From an uncultured archaeon (GTDB lineage: Archaea > Asgardarchaeota > Lokiarchaeia > Sigyniarchaeales > SOKP01), in NCBI GenBank assembly GCA_964493715.1, contig CAZBPC010000008.1, forward strand, positions 9,714-73,713: 64,000 nt of DNA, written 5' to 3'. Under the pieces are notes generated by a model. It ran no database searches, was not told the DNA's origin, and saw only the letters and a program-made list of their open reading frames with translations. This document shows positions 32,547 through 42,801 of the stretch, piece by piece (position 1 is the first letter of the stretch; each line of letters begins with the position of its first letter). A program made the position numbers and the translations under genes.

Positions 32547-33419
32547 TTAAAATTCAATTCGAGGGATTATCCCTTCAAAGACTTTCTCGGCTGGGCCTTC
32601 CATGAAGACGTTTTTTCCATCATAAGTAATAATCAAATCGCCTCCATCATTATGAACGGTCACGGGATTATTCTTTTTAAAAATCCCTAAAACCGTTCCT
32701 GCTACGACAGCAGCACAAGTACCTGTTCCGCAAGAATTCGTTATCCCGGCTCCTCTTTCAAAGACCCTTAAATTGGCTTCAGTTTCAGAAATTACTTTTA
32801 CAAATTCCACATTGGTCTTTCTAGGAAAGCGCTCATTAGATTCAATCAAAGCCCCATATGTATTCAATTGCTCATTACTCAATAAATTATCGATAAAAAT
32901 GATAGCATGTGGGTTTCCCATTGAAACTGCGGTGAATTCAAAAATTTTATCTAATACAACTAACGATTCATTCACACACCGATTATTTAAACCACTTGCG
33001 ATTACCGGAATGCTATCGCAATCTAAAATGGGAGGTCCCATGTTAATTTTCACAAACCTTACTTCCTCTCCTACAATAGTGAGTTTTGCTGTAATTATGC
33101 CTTTTAACGTCTCTATTTCCAAATAATCTTTTTTTATTATATTATGTTCATAAACATATTTTGCAAAACATCTAATTCCGTTACCACACATTTCGGCTTC
33201 TGAACCATCGGGATTAAACATTTTCATGCGAATATCTGCTTTTTTTGGATGACATACAAATAAAATACCATCTGCACCAATTGAAAAATGAGGAGTACAT
33301 AAAATTTGAGCCAGATCCTTTTTTTTCTCATCATTAATATCCCAATGTAGATTGTTAATGATAATGTAATCATTCCCTAATCCGTGGTGTTTTTCAAAAT
33401 CGAGTTTTTCTAATTTCAT
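32547..33419 (-). CDS. dapF: Diaminopimelate epimerase
   Basis: HGLGNDY, NPDGSEAEMCGNG.RC, SMGNPH, ERGAG.T.SCGTG. Confidence 0.96.
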   Translation of the reverse strand: MKLEKLDFEKHHGLGNDYIIINNLHWDINDEKKKDLAQILCTPHFSIGADGILFVCHPKKADIRMKMFNPDGSEAEMCGNGIRCFAKYVYEHNIIKKDYLEIETLKGIITAKLTIVGEEVRFVKINMGPPILDCDSIPVIASGLNNRCVNESLVVLDKIFEFTAVSMGNPHAIIFIDNLLSNEQLNTYGALIESNERFPRKTNVEFVKVISETEANLRVFERGAGITNSCGTGTCAAVVAGTVLGIFKKNNPVTVHNDGGDLIITYDGKNVFMEGPAEKVFEGIIPRIEF

Positions 33420-33512
33420 GATATGATTTAAATTAAATTTATCTTATTGAAAGATTAAATAGTCTATAACCATTATAATAATTTATATTTCATTAAAATT
33501 TGTTATTCGATT

Positions 33513-34022
33513 ATGATGAAAAGGAAATTACTACTCTTATTAATGTTGGTTTTATTTGTCTTCATTCCGACAAGAACCTATGCATTTGATCATATCGATG
33601 AAATCAATAATGGAATCTCTGTTTTTTTTCTCATCGATCTAAATGCTTCTGAAACCATTGAAATTAATGTAACTCATACAGGAAGCGGAAATTTCGAGTT
33701 ATTTTTATTTGATACTCGTCCTGTAGATTCCTATATCTATTATGATAATACTCTTAATCCTGAAATTTATAATCACGCAATAAATTATAGCATCGGTGAT
33801 AATCCATATATTAATTATACTGTAAGTTCACTTCGAATTTACTACATCCAATTGGTCTTATTAGAGAATGGACCAGACACCTTCATCCTATATTGTAATA
33901 AGGATTTAGTCAGATATTATCTTCCAACAATACCCGGCTATAATGTGGAATTGATTTTGTTAACACTTGTAGCATCCTTATCGATAATCTTGATCTTTAG
34001 AAAGAAAAAGTTTAAGATCTAA
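33513..34022 (+). CDS. Secreted surface protein with Loki-CTERM-like sorting tail
   Basis: N-terminal signal peptide; C-terminal IPGY + TM helix + basic RKKKFK. Confidence 0.75.
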   Translation: MMKRKLLLLLMLVLFVFIPTRTYAFDHIDEINNGISVFFLIDLNASETIEINVTHTGSGNFELFLFDTRPVDSYIYYDNTLNPEIYNHAINYSIGDNPYINYTVSSLRIYYIQLVLLENGPDTFILYCNKDLVRYYLPTIPGYNVELILLTLVASLSIILIFRKKKFKI

Positions 34023-34162
34023 TTTCCAAGAAATTAAAAAATAATTTTTTTAATTCATAAACATAATTATTACGATATTGCTATTTTATGAATCAGCAAT
34101 GTATATATACTTATCCAACTAATTTTAATTGCAATTCATTTAATTAAAAAAGTGAAACATCC

Positions 34163-34783
34163 ATGAAATTGTATGATAAAATAAACGCTAGTTATTTTTC
34201 ATTTATTGGATTGGTTATTTTTGTAATTGGTTTGGTTCCCGCGATAATAGTTCATACAGATTTTAGTTTCTTTGTCACTCATATAAGCCATCTTGGAACA
34301 CCATCCAATGGATTATATATTTTCTTTAATACTTGCTGGTTCATAACTGGAATATTCATGATCTTCTTTCTATTAGGGTTCACCTATTATTTAAAAGAAA
34401 AAGGAGCAAGTGGAAAAAGTGCTTGGATCTCTTTTATTTTCAGCTTTCTTTCAGCTGTTGGTATATTGGGATTATCAATTTTCAATAGCGAAGAAGCACC
34501 AGATATGCATCTTTTAGCCGAATATTTATTCTTCTTTACTGGTATATTATACTTATTTTTATATGCGGCAATCGAGAGAAAATTATCAGATTTTTCTAAG
34601 GTTCAAGTATTTTTTAACATCATCATATCATTGTTCTTCATTCTCTATTTGGTCATGATTATATTGGATAAAATAAATCCTGGATTTGCACCTGAATTTC
34701 AAGCCTTTTCCGAATGGTTATTCTTGTTTTCAAATCTGTTTTGGTTTCTCGAAAATGGATTTTACATGTTGAAACACAAATAA
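34163..34783 (+). CDS. DUF998-like membrane protein
   Basis: ISHLG, FN, five TM helices, H...., EW motif. Confidence 0.65.
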   Translation: MKLYDKINASYFSFIGLVIFVIGLVPAIIVHTDFSFFVTHISHLGTPSNGLYIFFNTCWFITGIFMIFFLLGFTYYLKEKGASGKSAWISFIFSFLSAVGILGLSIFNSEEAPDMHLLAEYLFFFTGILYLFLYAAIERKLSDFSKVQVFFNIIISLFFILYLVMIILDKINPGFAPEFQAFSEWLFLFSNLFWFLENGFYMLKHK

Positions 34784-35061
34784 TACTTTTCTTTTTATTT
34801 TAATTTTTAATGTATTATTAAATCGTTTTAAAATCTCGACAAAAAATAAGGTCATCTTGATCGTTTTCTAACATAAATAAATCCAAATGATCAATTTGAA
34901 TATTACCCTTTCAAAAAACCAATTTAAATGATTACTCAATTCGAAAAATCTTGTTGGGAATGTTTATATTTTTTTCAATAATTCCCTTATTATTAAAAAT
35001 AATTTAACATCAAAAGTGATTTAATATTTCATTTGAAGATATTAGCAAAAAACTTGCTAAA

Positions 35062-36248
35062 TTGATGAAAGATACAGAAGAAATTGAGCTTAAAGATGTC
35101 GATTTGTTTGCTGAATACCTTGAGTTTCAAATGTTACCCCAGATGGTAGTCTCTGCCGCTCAAGCTACGTTACCAGGCATCGGAAAGGCTGAATGGAAAG
35201 ATGTGAAGTTTAAACTTGACTTGAATTTTCCGGGTAAAATTGAAACTATTGAATTTGTTCGCTCTAAAGGCAAGAAAGTTACTATTGGAGGTGAAGTTGT
35301 GCCTCCTTTCTATAATTTTCTCGGACTTGATAAACGTAATCCCAATCCTCCACTTGTTACGTATGACGTATTCGATATGGGTTCTAAAATGATGCTTCCA
35401 AAACCCATTAAGCAAGAGTATGGAGAAGTATTACAACATCCTGCTGAATGGGCTAAATTCGCAGTTGATAAATTCGGTGCTCAATGCATTACTTTTCACT
35501 CTCTTGAAATTGATCCTGCCATGGGTGATGCACCAGTAAGTCAATCCGTGAAATACTTAGAAGATATTTTACAAGCTGTAGATGTACCCGTCATTATTGG
35601 ATGTTCGGGTAATAAAAAGAAAGATAAAGAATTATTCGAAGCCACAGCTCCGATAACAGAAAGTGAAGTATTGATGTTATCTGCAGCAGATAAAGCCACC
35701 TGGGAGGATGTAATCCCCCTAGCAGTTAAATATGACCATAATTGCTTGTTATGGACGAGTTTGGACCTCAACAATCAAATTAAGATGAATAAAGATGCCC
35801 TTGAACTAGGACTCCCACGTAATAGGATTGTAATGGATCCTACCTGCGCAACAGCGTAATTTAAATCTCTTAAATTGCTGCGATTTTAGGCTACGGGATG
35901 GAGTATAGTTTTAGCATCTACCAAAGAATGCGAGTTGCTGGTCTTTTAGGTGAGGAAGATTTAGCTTACCCAATTAGTGGGGGAACAACTAATGCTTGGG
36001 GAGCTCGTGAAGCATGGATGAGTGAAAAGAAAGTTCCTGAATGGGGTTTACGACAATATAGAGGTCCAATTTGGGAGATTATTAATGCTCTTTCATTAAG
36101 CCTGGTGGGTTTAGATTTAGCCATGATGTTCCATCCAGTTTCAGCTAAATATGTGAAAGAAATCACGAGTCAATTTTTTGCCGAAATACCTAAAGTAATG
36201 GACAATTTGGGATATTACGACTGGGTTTCTGCTCGTTTGAAAAAATAA
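35062..36248 (+). CDS. cdhD: Acetyl-CoA decarbonylase/synthase delta subunit (corrinoid Fe-S protein small subunit); two exons 35062-35852 and 35885-36248; start possibly ATT at 35026
   Basis: V.IGGE..PPFY.F, P.EWAK..V.KFGA, VDVP.IIG.SG, IVMDPT..|LGYG.EYS, AW.AREAW, G..WE, MFHP; removing 32 nt joins the two ORFs into a 384-aa frame. Confidence 0.92.
35853..35884 (+). other. Predicted 32-nt archaeal bulge-helix-bulge (BHB) intron in cdhD mRNA
   Basis: Central helix CGCA(35847-50)/TGCG(35879-82), 3-nt bulges ACA and ATT, inner hairpin AATTTAA/TTAAATT; canonical cuts give GCA AC|T TTA GGC, in frame. Confidence 0.85.
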
Positions 36249-36374
36249 TTTTTTTTCCAATTTTATTATATTATTAATTTAATCTTCTATTTTTATACCA
36301 TTTATTCTACGTCATCTCTATGGTAAATTCATCCTATTAAAGCTATCATTTCTAAGATAATTTTTTCTGGATCA

Positions 36375-37346
36375 TCAGGACATAACATTGGAATCCGGTC
36401 CTGAGTGAGAAAATGATTTTAAGGTTTCAAGTAATTGTCGTCCTTGTTCTCCTTCTTTCAATCTTATTTCGACCTTACAGGGGCATTTTTTTTTCCTTGC
36501 AAATAGTTCATCCGAATTCACTTTATAGTTAATCTTTTTGCCATCTCTTGATCCCCTTAAGTTTAACAAGTCTATTATAGGAAATGGATAACCATAGGAA
36601 TCTTCTGAGCATGAGCTATAGATATTTCTTGCTTTTTTTATGCTCACATTTGGCCCAATATCTAATAAAATTCTCCCAACAGATTCATAAGGTATAATTT
36701 TTAACTTACCATGAGCGATGATTCTATGGGTGGTAACCAAAATGTATCCCGATCGTACCTTAAGAGAATAATTTTTAGGAATTTCTTGCATAATAGTTGC
36801 ATCAAAATAATATATAATCTTCTCTCCGTTATTGAAACAATACTTTTCGAGGATATATGTATCCATCATCTTGATTCCTTCATTACCAAAAATCTTTATC
36901 AAATTATTTCGTAATTCGGAATAAAGGGCTATTTTAAAAAACTTGGGATTCAATTGAAAAACTTCTCCAACTATATCAAAAAATTCATTATCAGAAAGAG
37001 AAGAATTGATTTTTAGATTGTATAATTGTTTGAGGATAACTTTTTTTGATGGTTTTGCTCGGCTTAGCTCATTTTTAATCATATCTATTATCTGATTTTC
37101 ATCCATTTTGCTAAGTGTATCAGTCCTATACTTCGGGAAACTAGGACTCTTTCGATATCTATTGAATAAGCACAAACCAATTACACCAATAAAAACTGAA
37201 GAAGGAATCATGACTCTTATTATAGGACTTCTAATGAAATCATAAGGATCCATAGATATTTTCGTGAAACCATAAACAATAATCGCAATTGCTATAAAGA
37301 ATAATATGGCCCCAATTTTAGCCTGTATTTTCAAACTATAATTCAC
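36375..37346 (-). CDS. Hypothetical membrane protein (2 N-terminal TMs, possible C-terminal PH-like domain)
   Basis: Hydrophobic N-terminus; GEKII....G.ILVT.HRII pattern. Confidence 0.65.
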   Translation of the reverse strand: MNYSLKIQAKIGAILFFIAIAIIVYGFTKISMDPYDFIRSPIIRVMIPSSVFIGVIGLCLFNRYRKSPSFPKYRTDTLSKMDENQIIDMIKNELSRAKPSKKVILKQLYNLKINSSLSDNEFFDIVGEVFQLNPKFFKIALYSELRNNLIKIFGNEGIKMMDTYILEKYCFNNGEKIIYYFDATIMQEIPKNYSLKVRSGYILVTTHRIIAHGKLKIIPYESVGRILLDIGPNVSIKKARNIYSSCSEDSYGYPFPIIDLLNLRGSRDGKKINYKVNSDELFARKKKCPCKVEIRLKEGEQGRQLLETLKSFSHSGPDSNVMS

Positions 37347-37469
37347 TTAATGATTTTTTAAGAAAAAAGAGTATTTAAGGATTTCACTCCGTTTTACCAC
37401 TAAAAAAATCTTTTTACCGGGTAAATAAGAAATTTTAGTTGTAACTTTATGATTTTTTATCGAATTATG

Positions 37470-37514
37470 AATTTGGGTTATTACGACTGGGTTTCCGCTC
37501 GTTTGAAGAAATAA
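37470..37514 (+). repeat. Direct repeat of the last 45 bp of cdhD (copy of 36204-36248)
   Basis: 42/45 identical; the three differences are all synonymous (GGA/GGT, TCT/TCC, AAA/AAG). Confidence 0.93.
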
Positions 37515-37652
37515 GAATTTATTTATTTTTTTTTTATCATTAGAATTCCAAGTTCTGAATTGTAGAATTTCAAATTTCGTTTATCTTCAGATAAATTTTT
37601 ATCTTAACTTTACTTATTTCGTAATTAACATCAAACACTTTAGTGAAAATCA

Positions 37653-38117
37653 ATGGTAGAATTATCTCTAAAAAGCCCAACTTTTAAACATATGGGTGAA
37701 ATCCCGAGTAAATATACTTGTGAAGGAGAAAATATAAATCCTCCATTAGAAATATCTGGTGTGCCACAAAATGTAAAAAGTTTGGTTTTGATAATGGAAG
37801 ATATTGATCCTCCAATTGGAGGAACAATAACTCATTGGGTTATTTGCCACCTAGATCCGAAAACTAATAAGATACTCGAAGGGGATTCATTAGAGAATGC
37901 AATTGTTGGAAAAAGAATGTTAGGGAAACATATGTATATGGGTCCTTGTCCTCCAAAAGGTCAGCACAGGTATGTCTTCAAATTGTTTTGTTTAGACGAA
38001 AAATTACCCTTAGATCCGAATAGTAATAAAAAGAAGGTATTGCAAGAAATTGAAGGTCATATTATTGAACAAACAAAACTAATAGGTGTTTATCAAAAAA
38101 AGAAAAAAACAAAATAA
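37653..38117 (+). CDS. YbhB/YbcL (PEBP / Raf kinase inhibitor-like) protein
   Basis: IPSKYTC.G.NINPPL, D.D.P....HW, Y.GPCPP..HRY.F.L. Confidence 0.93.
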   Translation: MVELSLKSPTFKHMGEIPSKYTCEGENINPPLEISGVPQNVKSLVLIMEDIDPPIGGTITHWVICHLDPKTNKILEGDSLENAIVGKRMLGKHMYMGPCPPKGQHRYVFKLFCLDEKLPLDPNSNKKKVLQEIEGHIIEQTKLIGVYQKKKKTK

Positions 38118-38214
38118 TAATCTCAAATATTCTCACATGGATGCAATCACAAGTTTTAAATATTCTATTTTATAGAGAAGATTGGTTAGATTTGTTTTGA
38201 GGGGGTTAAATAAT

Positions 38215-38322
38215 ATGAGAGCAATAAATCTTTATACTTATATTCTTACAATAATAGGATTTGCCGCTTTGTTTACTTTAGGCTATTTAGTCCTATTCTT
38301 TGCTAGTTTACTTTTTCATTAA
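38215..38322 (+). CDS. Putative 35-aa single-TM small protein
   Basis: MRAINLYTYILTIIGFAALFTLGYLVLFFASLLFH preceded by GAGGGGG; below the ORF-track cutoff. Confidence 0.45.
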   Translation: MRAINLYTYILTIIGFAALFTLGYLVLFFASLLFH

Positions 38323-38392
38323 AAATTGTGTTATTTAATGATCGCTCCTGCTCTTTAATCACTATTTAGACACTAAAATGTGAAAGGAAATT

Positions 38393-39019
38393 TCACGAGT
38401 TAATGTATTTCATTAATCTTTCCTTACCAAAAAATCGAACTTCTAAGAGGATTTTAAGAAAGAGATCCTGAGCTAAATCGTATTCAATAAATTTCTTTTC
38501 ATAATATCGATATTCTTTGGAGTGATTTAAATATTTTATATGTAAAATTTCATGATATAACAAATATTTGATTAAAAATTTTGGAGTATTCTTAAAACTA
38601 CTAGAAATTAGTATCTCATTTCGTAATTCCTGCTTTTTATTGGTTCTAAAATACTTCCCACCGATATGATACGTGATTCGAGAATTCCATTTAACTCTAA
38701 CGGTATCCAATAATGACTTTTGCTCATTAGAAAATGTATCGAATATATAAGAATAATCTTTCTTGAGTTCTTTGATGAGTAAACGGAGATCTTCATTTGT
38801 ATCATAGGATGTTCGGATAAAGTAGGGGAATGGAGTATTAATTTCTTCATTTTTAAATAAGATGCTGTATGAAACTCTGTACCTTTTATTATTAACCAGT
38901 ACCAAAGCTGTCTTTGGATTTTTTTTTAAAACAATGGCTTTGGTTAATTTTCCATTGGAATGGAAAAATACTACATCATTTACTTGTAAATTTTTTCTTT
39001 CAATCATGAAAATTCTCAA
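38393..39019 (-). CDS. YgjP/SprT-like HEXXH metallopeptidase domain protein with N-terminal SH3/KOW-like segment
   Basis: P.F..KY.LYHE.LH....HS..Y. Confidence 0.7.
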   Translation of the reverse strand: MRIFMIERKNLQVNDVVFFHSNGKLTKAIVLKKNPKTALVLVNNKRYRVSYSILFKNEEINTPFPYFIRTSYDTNEDLRLLIKELKKDYSYIFDTFSNEQKSLLDTVRVKWNSRITYHIGGKYFRTNKKQELRNEILISSSFKNTPKFLIKYLLYHEILHIKYLNHSKEYRYYEKKFIEYDLAQDLFLKILLEVRFFGKERLMKYINS

Positions 39020-39108
39020 TAATTCATATTTTTACATACTTTTAATCTACACTCTTACTCATTTTAAAATTAGAAAAAGCTTTTAAATTCTTTGAGTCAA
39101 AAAGTTTC

Positions 39109-39903
39109 TTATGGAAAGGACCTGAACAGGAGATCTTGAATTTTATTGCTAAGTTCTTTTGCCAAATCATAAACCATCTCATCGGGAGCATTTTCCAAGT
39201 ATTCAGTCAGTTCATTTTGGATTACTGGTTGAATTTCCTTCATGACACTTTCAATAACTCCATGCTTTCTTAAATAATCACTTTTATAGCATTGAATATA
39301 ACTATTATTGAATTTTTTTAACCACTTCTTTCCTTTTAACTCAAGGCTCCTGAAAAGCTCTCTACTACATGTAGCATTGAAATTCTGAAACTCATAATCA
39401 TGTGTAGTTAAATGTTCTTTTATATAAGAAATAACTTGAGTTTTTTCATTTGAATTTAAATTAGTATGAGAATTAAGCAAAACAATTACCATGTATTTTT
39501 CAAATAAGAAGTATATCTGTACTTTAATATTTGAGCCATAAACTTCGAAATGTGATAAATTTTGGATGTTTATTTGACCAGCAATAGTTTTAATTGAACT
39601 AAAATACATTGAAATTAATTCTAAAAGATTCTCATCATCTTTAGAAAGATAAGATTTGATTGGACCATAATTTGAACCCTCTTCAGAATTGTATTCAAAA
39701 ACCATTAATGCATAACCATCAAAATTTGAGACAATTAGTCCAATTATAGGAGGTGTATCATTAAAATTACAACTACGATATGCTATTTCAATCAATGTTT
39801 TATCTATGATGCTATTGGTTTCTTGATAATTTTCCTTCAATTTTACATTAGATATTGGTTTACTCATTTGAAAAACCTGACTCACTAAAAATCCTTTAAA
39901 CAT
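39109..39903 (-). CDS. Hypothetical protein, possible roadblock/longin-like fold
   Basis: GLIVS..DG..LM..E, LISMY.SS...A..INI pattern. Confidence 0.55.
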   Translation of the reverse strand: MFKGFLVSQVFQMSKPISNVKLKENYQETNSIIDKTLIEIAYRSCNFNDTPPIIGLIVSNFDGYALMVFEYNSEEGSNYGPIKSYLSKDDENLLELISMYFSSIKTIAGQINIQNLSHFEVYGSNIKVQIYFLFEKYMVIVLLNSHTNLNSNEKTQVISYIKEHLTTHDYEFQNFNATCSRELFRSLELKGKKWLKKFNNSYIQCYKSDYLRKHGVIESVMKEIQPVIQNELTEYLENAPDEMVYDLAKELSNKIQDLLFRSFP

Positions 39904-40079
39904 TGTGATTTACATTTAATTCCATTAATAAGGAAGGACGGTATTTGTTTTGTGAGTTTAGTATTGTGTAGGTGATATGGATATAATTTGATAAAAAGAA
40001 TTTAAAAAGAAATCATAATTTTTGAATTAAGAGGCTAGAAAACTATCTTCTAAAAAAAATTAAATAAAAAAGTAGAAAT

Positions 40080-41498
40080 TTATTTTACAATCATTCCTTC
40101 CTTATCAAAGTTCAGAAAATAACTAATCTTTTCTTTAATTGGATAAAGACCTTCCTTGAACAGAGTATAAAGAAACAATCCTATAAAGACAATAGAACCA
40201 AGACCTGGTGCAAAATTAGTGACTACATCGACCGCTGTGGATGAAGGATCGACCGAAAAGAGAGTATATATTAGCGAACCACCTGCAATAAGAATGGATA
40301 TGAAGGAAATAATCATGGCAGTCTTCTTACTTACATCTAAATGGAATGGACCTACATCAACATGAAAAGTTTTAGGTTGAACAATAATCGAAAGAATCGA
40401 ATGATTTATTGTTTTCTCTTCAAATTCAACGTAGACGTGAAGATGTCTTCTTTCGCTTTCTTTCTTTTCCTTTCTCGTCCGTTTTTCCTTCTTATTTAAT
40501 GGTAACACCGAGAAAATCATGACAGGGGGATTTATAGCATCTTTCTTGACTTCTACTCTTCCAAATAATGGATGGACTTCAAATCCCTCTCCTTCTACCT
40601 TTATGTTTAGGACAGGTGGTTCTTTTTTAGTTGTTTTGATAGTAAAAGAGGTTTCAAATATAGTTTTACCTTCTTCATCCATTATTTTTAATTCTTTATG
40701 CGATAAGTAAATGTAAAATAAATAACTTGTCTTTTCCATCATTACGGAGTAATACTGAAGTCCCATATTAATTTCATATACTGAAGGTTTAGCTTCTTCG
40801 CTTTTCACATCTTTCTCGAATAATTCTGGTTCTGATATGCTTGAAAGAGTGGCCTCAGCAGCACGTTTTGGTGATGGAGGGAGTGTTGCGGGTGCTGCTT
40901 TTGGAGGGGCTCCTCCAGGAGCTGGTGGAGCCATGCTTGGTGCGGGAGGTGGCATGAAGTCCTTAGATTTTGCTCTTTCCATTTCACCCTCTGCATCTCG
41001 AATATCAAAATCGTCTACTTCTTCATAACTTATTTCTTTTTCATATAACTCTTCTTCTTCATATTTCATTGGTTCTTCGTCAAATACTTCTTTCTTCGCT
41101 TTTCTTTTAGCACTTTTTCCAGGAGCACTAGATTTTTTCTTTTCTCTTGCAATCTCAGAAGATAACTCGTCTCTTTTTCCACCAAGATCTATTTGCTTTT
41201 TTTCATCCGGCTTTTTAGCTTCTCTTTTGGATATTAAAGCTAATTTATTTATTTTAGTCTTTTCGGCTATTGGTGTGAGAGTAACAAATTCTACAAAAAA
41301 TAGATTCTCTCTTTTCAACGAAGTGTGACCAAAAGAGTCATAAATATCGTTGAGTATTTTTGAAAGGTTAGTATTTTTTTTATAATTACCAATGAATACA
41401 AAATCCATTATATAAACAGATAGAACTTCAGTCTTCTTATTGTAAAACAATTTATTGGTTGGAATTTTTAATTCTTGAATGGTTTGTAATGATTCCAT
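40080..41498 (-). CDS. Hypothetical membrane protein with acidic and proline-rich disordered region
   Basis: E/K-rich tract, PPPAPSMAPPAPGGAPP, two C-terminal TMs. Confidence 0.75.
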   Translation of the reverse strand: MESLQTIQELKIPTNKLFYNKKTEVLSVYIMDFVFIGNYKKNTNLSKILNDIYDSFGHTSLKRENLFFVEFVTLTPIAEKTKINKLALISKREAKKPDEKKQIDLGGKRDELSSEIAREKKKSSAPGKSAKRKAKKEVFDEEPMKYEEEELYEKEISYEEVDDFDIRDAEGEMERAKSKDFMPPPAPSMAPPAPGGAPPKAAPATLPPSPKRAAEATLSSISEPELFEKDVKSEEAKPSVYEINMGLQYYSVMMEKTSYLFYIYLSHKELKIMDEEGKTIFETSFTIKTTKKEPPVLNIKVEGEGFEVHPLFGRVEVKKDAINPPVMIFSVLPLNKKEKRTRKEKKESERRHLHVYVEFEEKTINHSILSIIVQPKTFHVDVGPFHLDVSKKTAMIISFISILIAGGSLIYTLFSVDPSSTAVDVVTNFAPGLGSIVFIGLFLYTLFKEGLYPIKEKISYFLNFDKEGMIVK

Positions 41499-41623
41499 GG
41501 GATTTTCCTAATTGTGATTCTTAATATTGATAATAGAATTAAAAATTATTATTTTTTTTATAACTTAAAGTTTTAGAGGACTCTCAATAAAATTACTATA
41601 AAAATAAAAAAGGATCAGGATAT

Positions 41624-42664
41624 CTATACAATTAAATCTCTGAAATAAGCTTTAATTTCAAAGAGATGCCCACTCAGATCTTTTAATTTCTTTATCTTGA
41701 CATCTGGACCAATGATTCTTTCTATCACTTCATTGACGATTTGAATATCTTTATATGATTTAAAATCCAAGTACTCTTGAGTCTCATACTTACTCATCCA
41801 TGGTTTTAATTTGGGAATTTCTTGGATTGGCTGCAAATCCCAATTTAATGTTCGTTTATAATTATCAATTAATGGTTTTAAATTCTGGTGATCCCATCGA
41901 TGTAGAACCCATGGAGCATAATCATTGAGTTTATCAAAGTCCAATTCCAGATCCTCACGCCATTCAAATTGATGATCCCAATTTGCTGTTGCTAGATAAT
42001 TGTCATTGTTAGATTTTTCAATTGAAAAAAATTTCCATGTGTTTCTGTTAATTTCTTCACTTCTAAAAGGAATACCTTCACCGTATTGAAAGAAATAACC
42101 CAAAGAGATGAACTTTTTAGGTTCAATACTTAATACTTTTAAATAAACTTCCACTTGAGTGATATCCAACTTATTTTTAATTAACTCATCTTGATATAAT
42201 TTATATACTATGTTCTTTGCTTTATTTGGCAAGCACTTACCACTAAAAACGGGATAATATGAAAAACAGAAATGAGTTGTAGAATCATCTGATTGATATT
42301 TATATATTTCGAACCAACATTCAATTAATTTAATGTTTACGTTGGAATGTATGAAATTATATAATAAAATCCCTGAGATGATTCCAGATACCAATAATAT
42401 AGGATAGAAAATAAAAGAATTAAAATATATTGGTGATAACATGATGGAGATGGCAACGTATATAAATGTGAAGCCAACGATGAATATGAGAGCTATTAAT
42501 GATTTAAACGCTTCATGTTCTTTATCCTTTTTAGAATGCATTATAATTGGGGCATTCTCAACAACGACACGATTTTCGTATTGATTGATAAAATCTTGAA
42601 ATTCTACCTTTTTCCATTCAGAATTAATCATGATATGTAAAGGGGTTGTTTGGTTTACAATCAA
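41624..42664 (-). CDS. Hypothetical membrane protein (2 TMs)
   Basis: 346-aa ORF with a hydrophobic hairpin. Confidence 0.7.
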   Translation of the reverse strand: MIVNQTTPLHIMINSEWKKVEFQDFINQYENRVVVENAPIIMHSKKDKEHEAFKSLIALIFIVGFTFIYVAISIMLSPIYFNSFIFYPILLVSGIISGILLYNFIHSNVNIKLIECWFEIYKYQSDDSTTHFCFSYYPVFSGKCLPNKAKNIVYKLYQDELIKNKLDITQVEVYLKVLSIEPKKFISLGYFFQYGEGIPFRSEEINRNTWKFFSIEKSNNDNYLATANWDHQFEWREDLELDFDKLNDYAPWVLHRWDHQNLKPLIDNYKRTLNWDLQPIQEIPKLKPWMSKYETQEYLDFKSYKDIQIVNEVIERIIGPDVKIKKLKDLSGHLFEIKAYFRDLIV

Positions 42665-42801
42665 AAAAATTATATGGTTGAATTATAATAAAACTTGTCT
42701 ATAAATTTATTTGAATTCACAATTTTCCAAAACAAATAATTAAATCATTTCTCCATGCTATTTTTAATTTTGATCCATCATTTCACTTTATGATATAAAC
42801 A

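Noticed and set aside
35853-35884. MITE or transposon footprint
   Set aside because: No target-site duplication at a 32-nt offset, and the pairing involves exon bases as in BHB introns.
35857-35897. Programmed frameshift, readthrough or selenocysteine recoding as the explanation for split cdhD
   Set aside because: The stop is TAA, the frames differ, there is no slippery site, and 32 extra nt must be removed to restore motif spacing; a BHB intron explains all of this.
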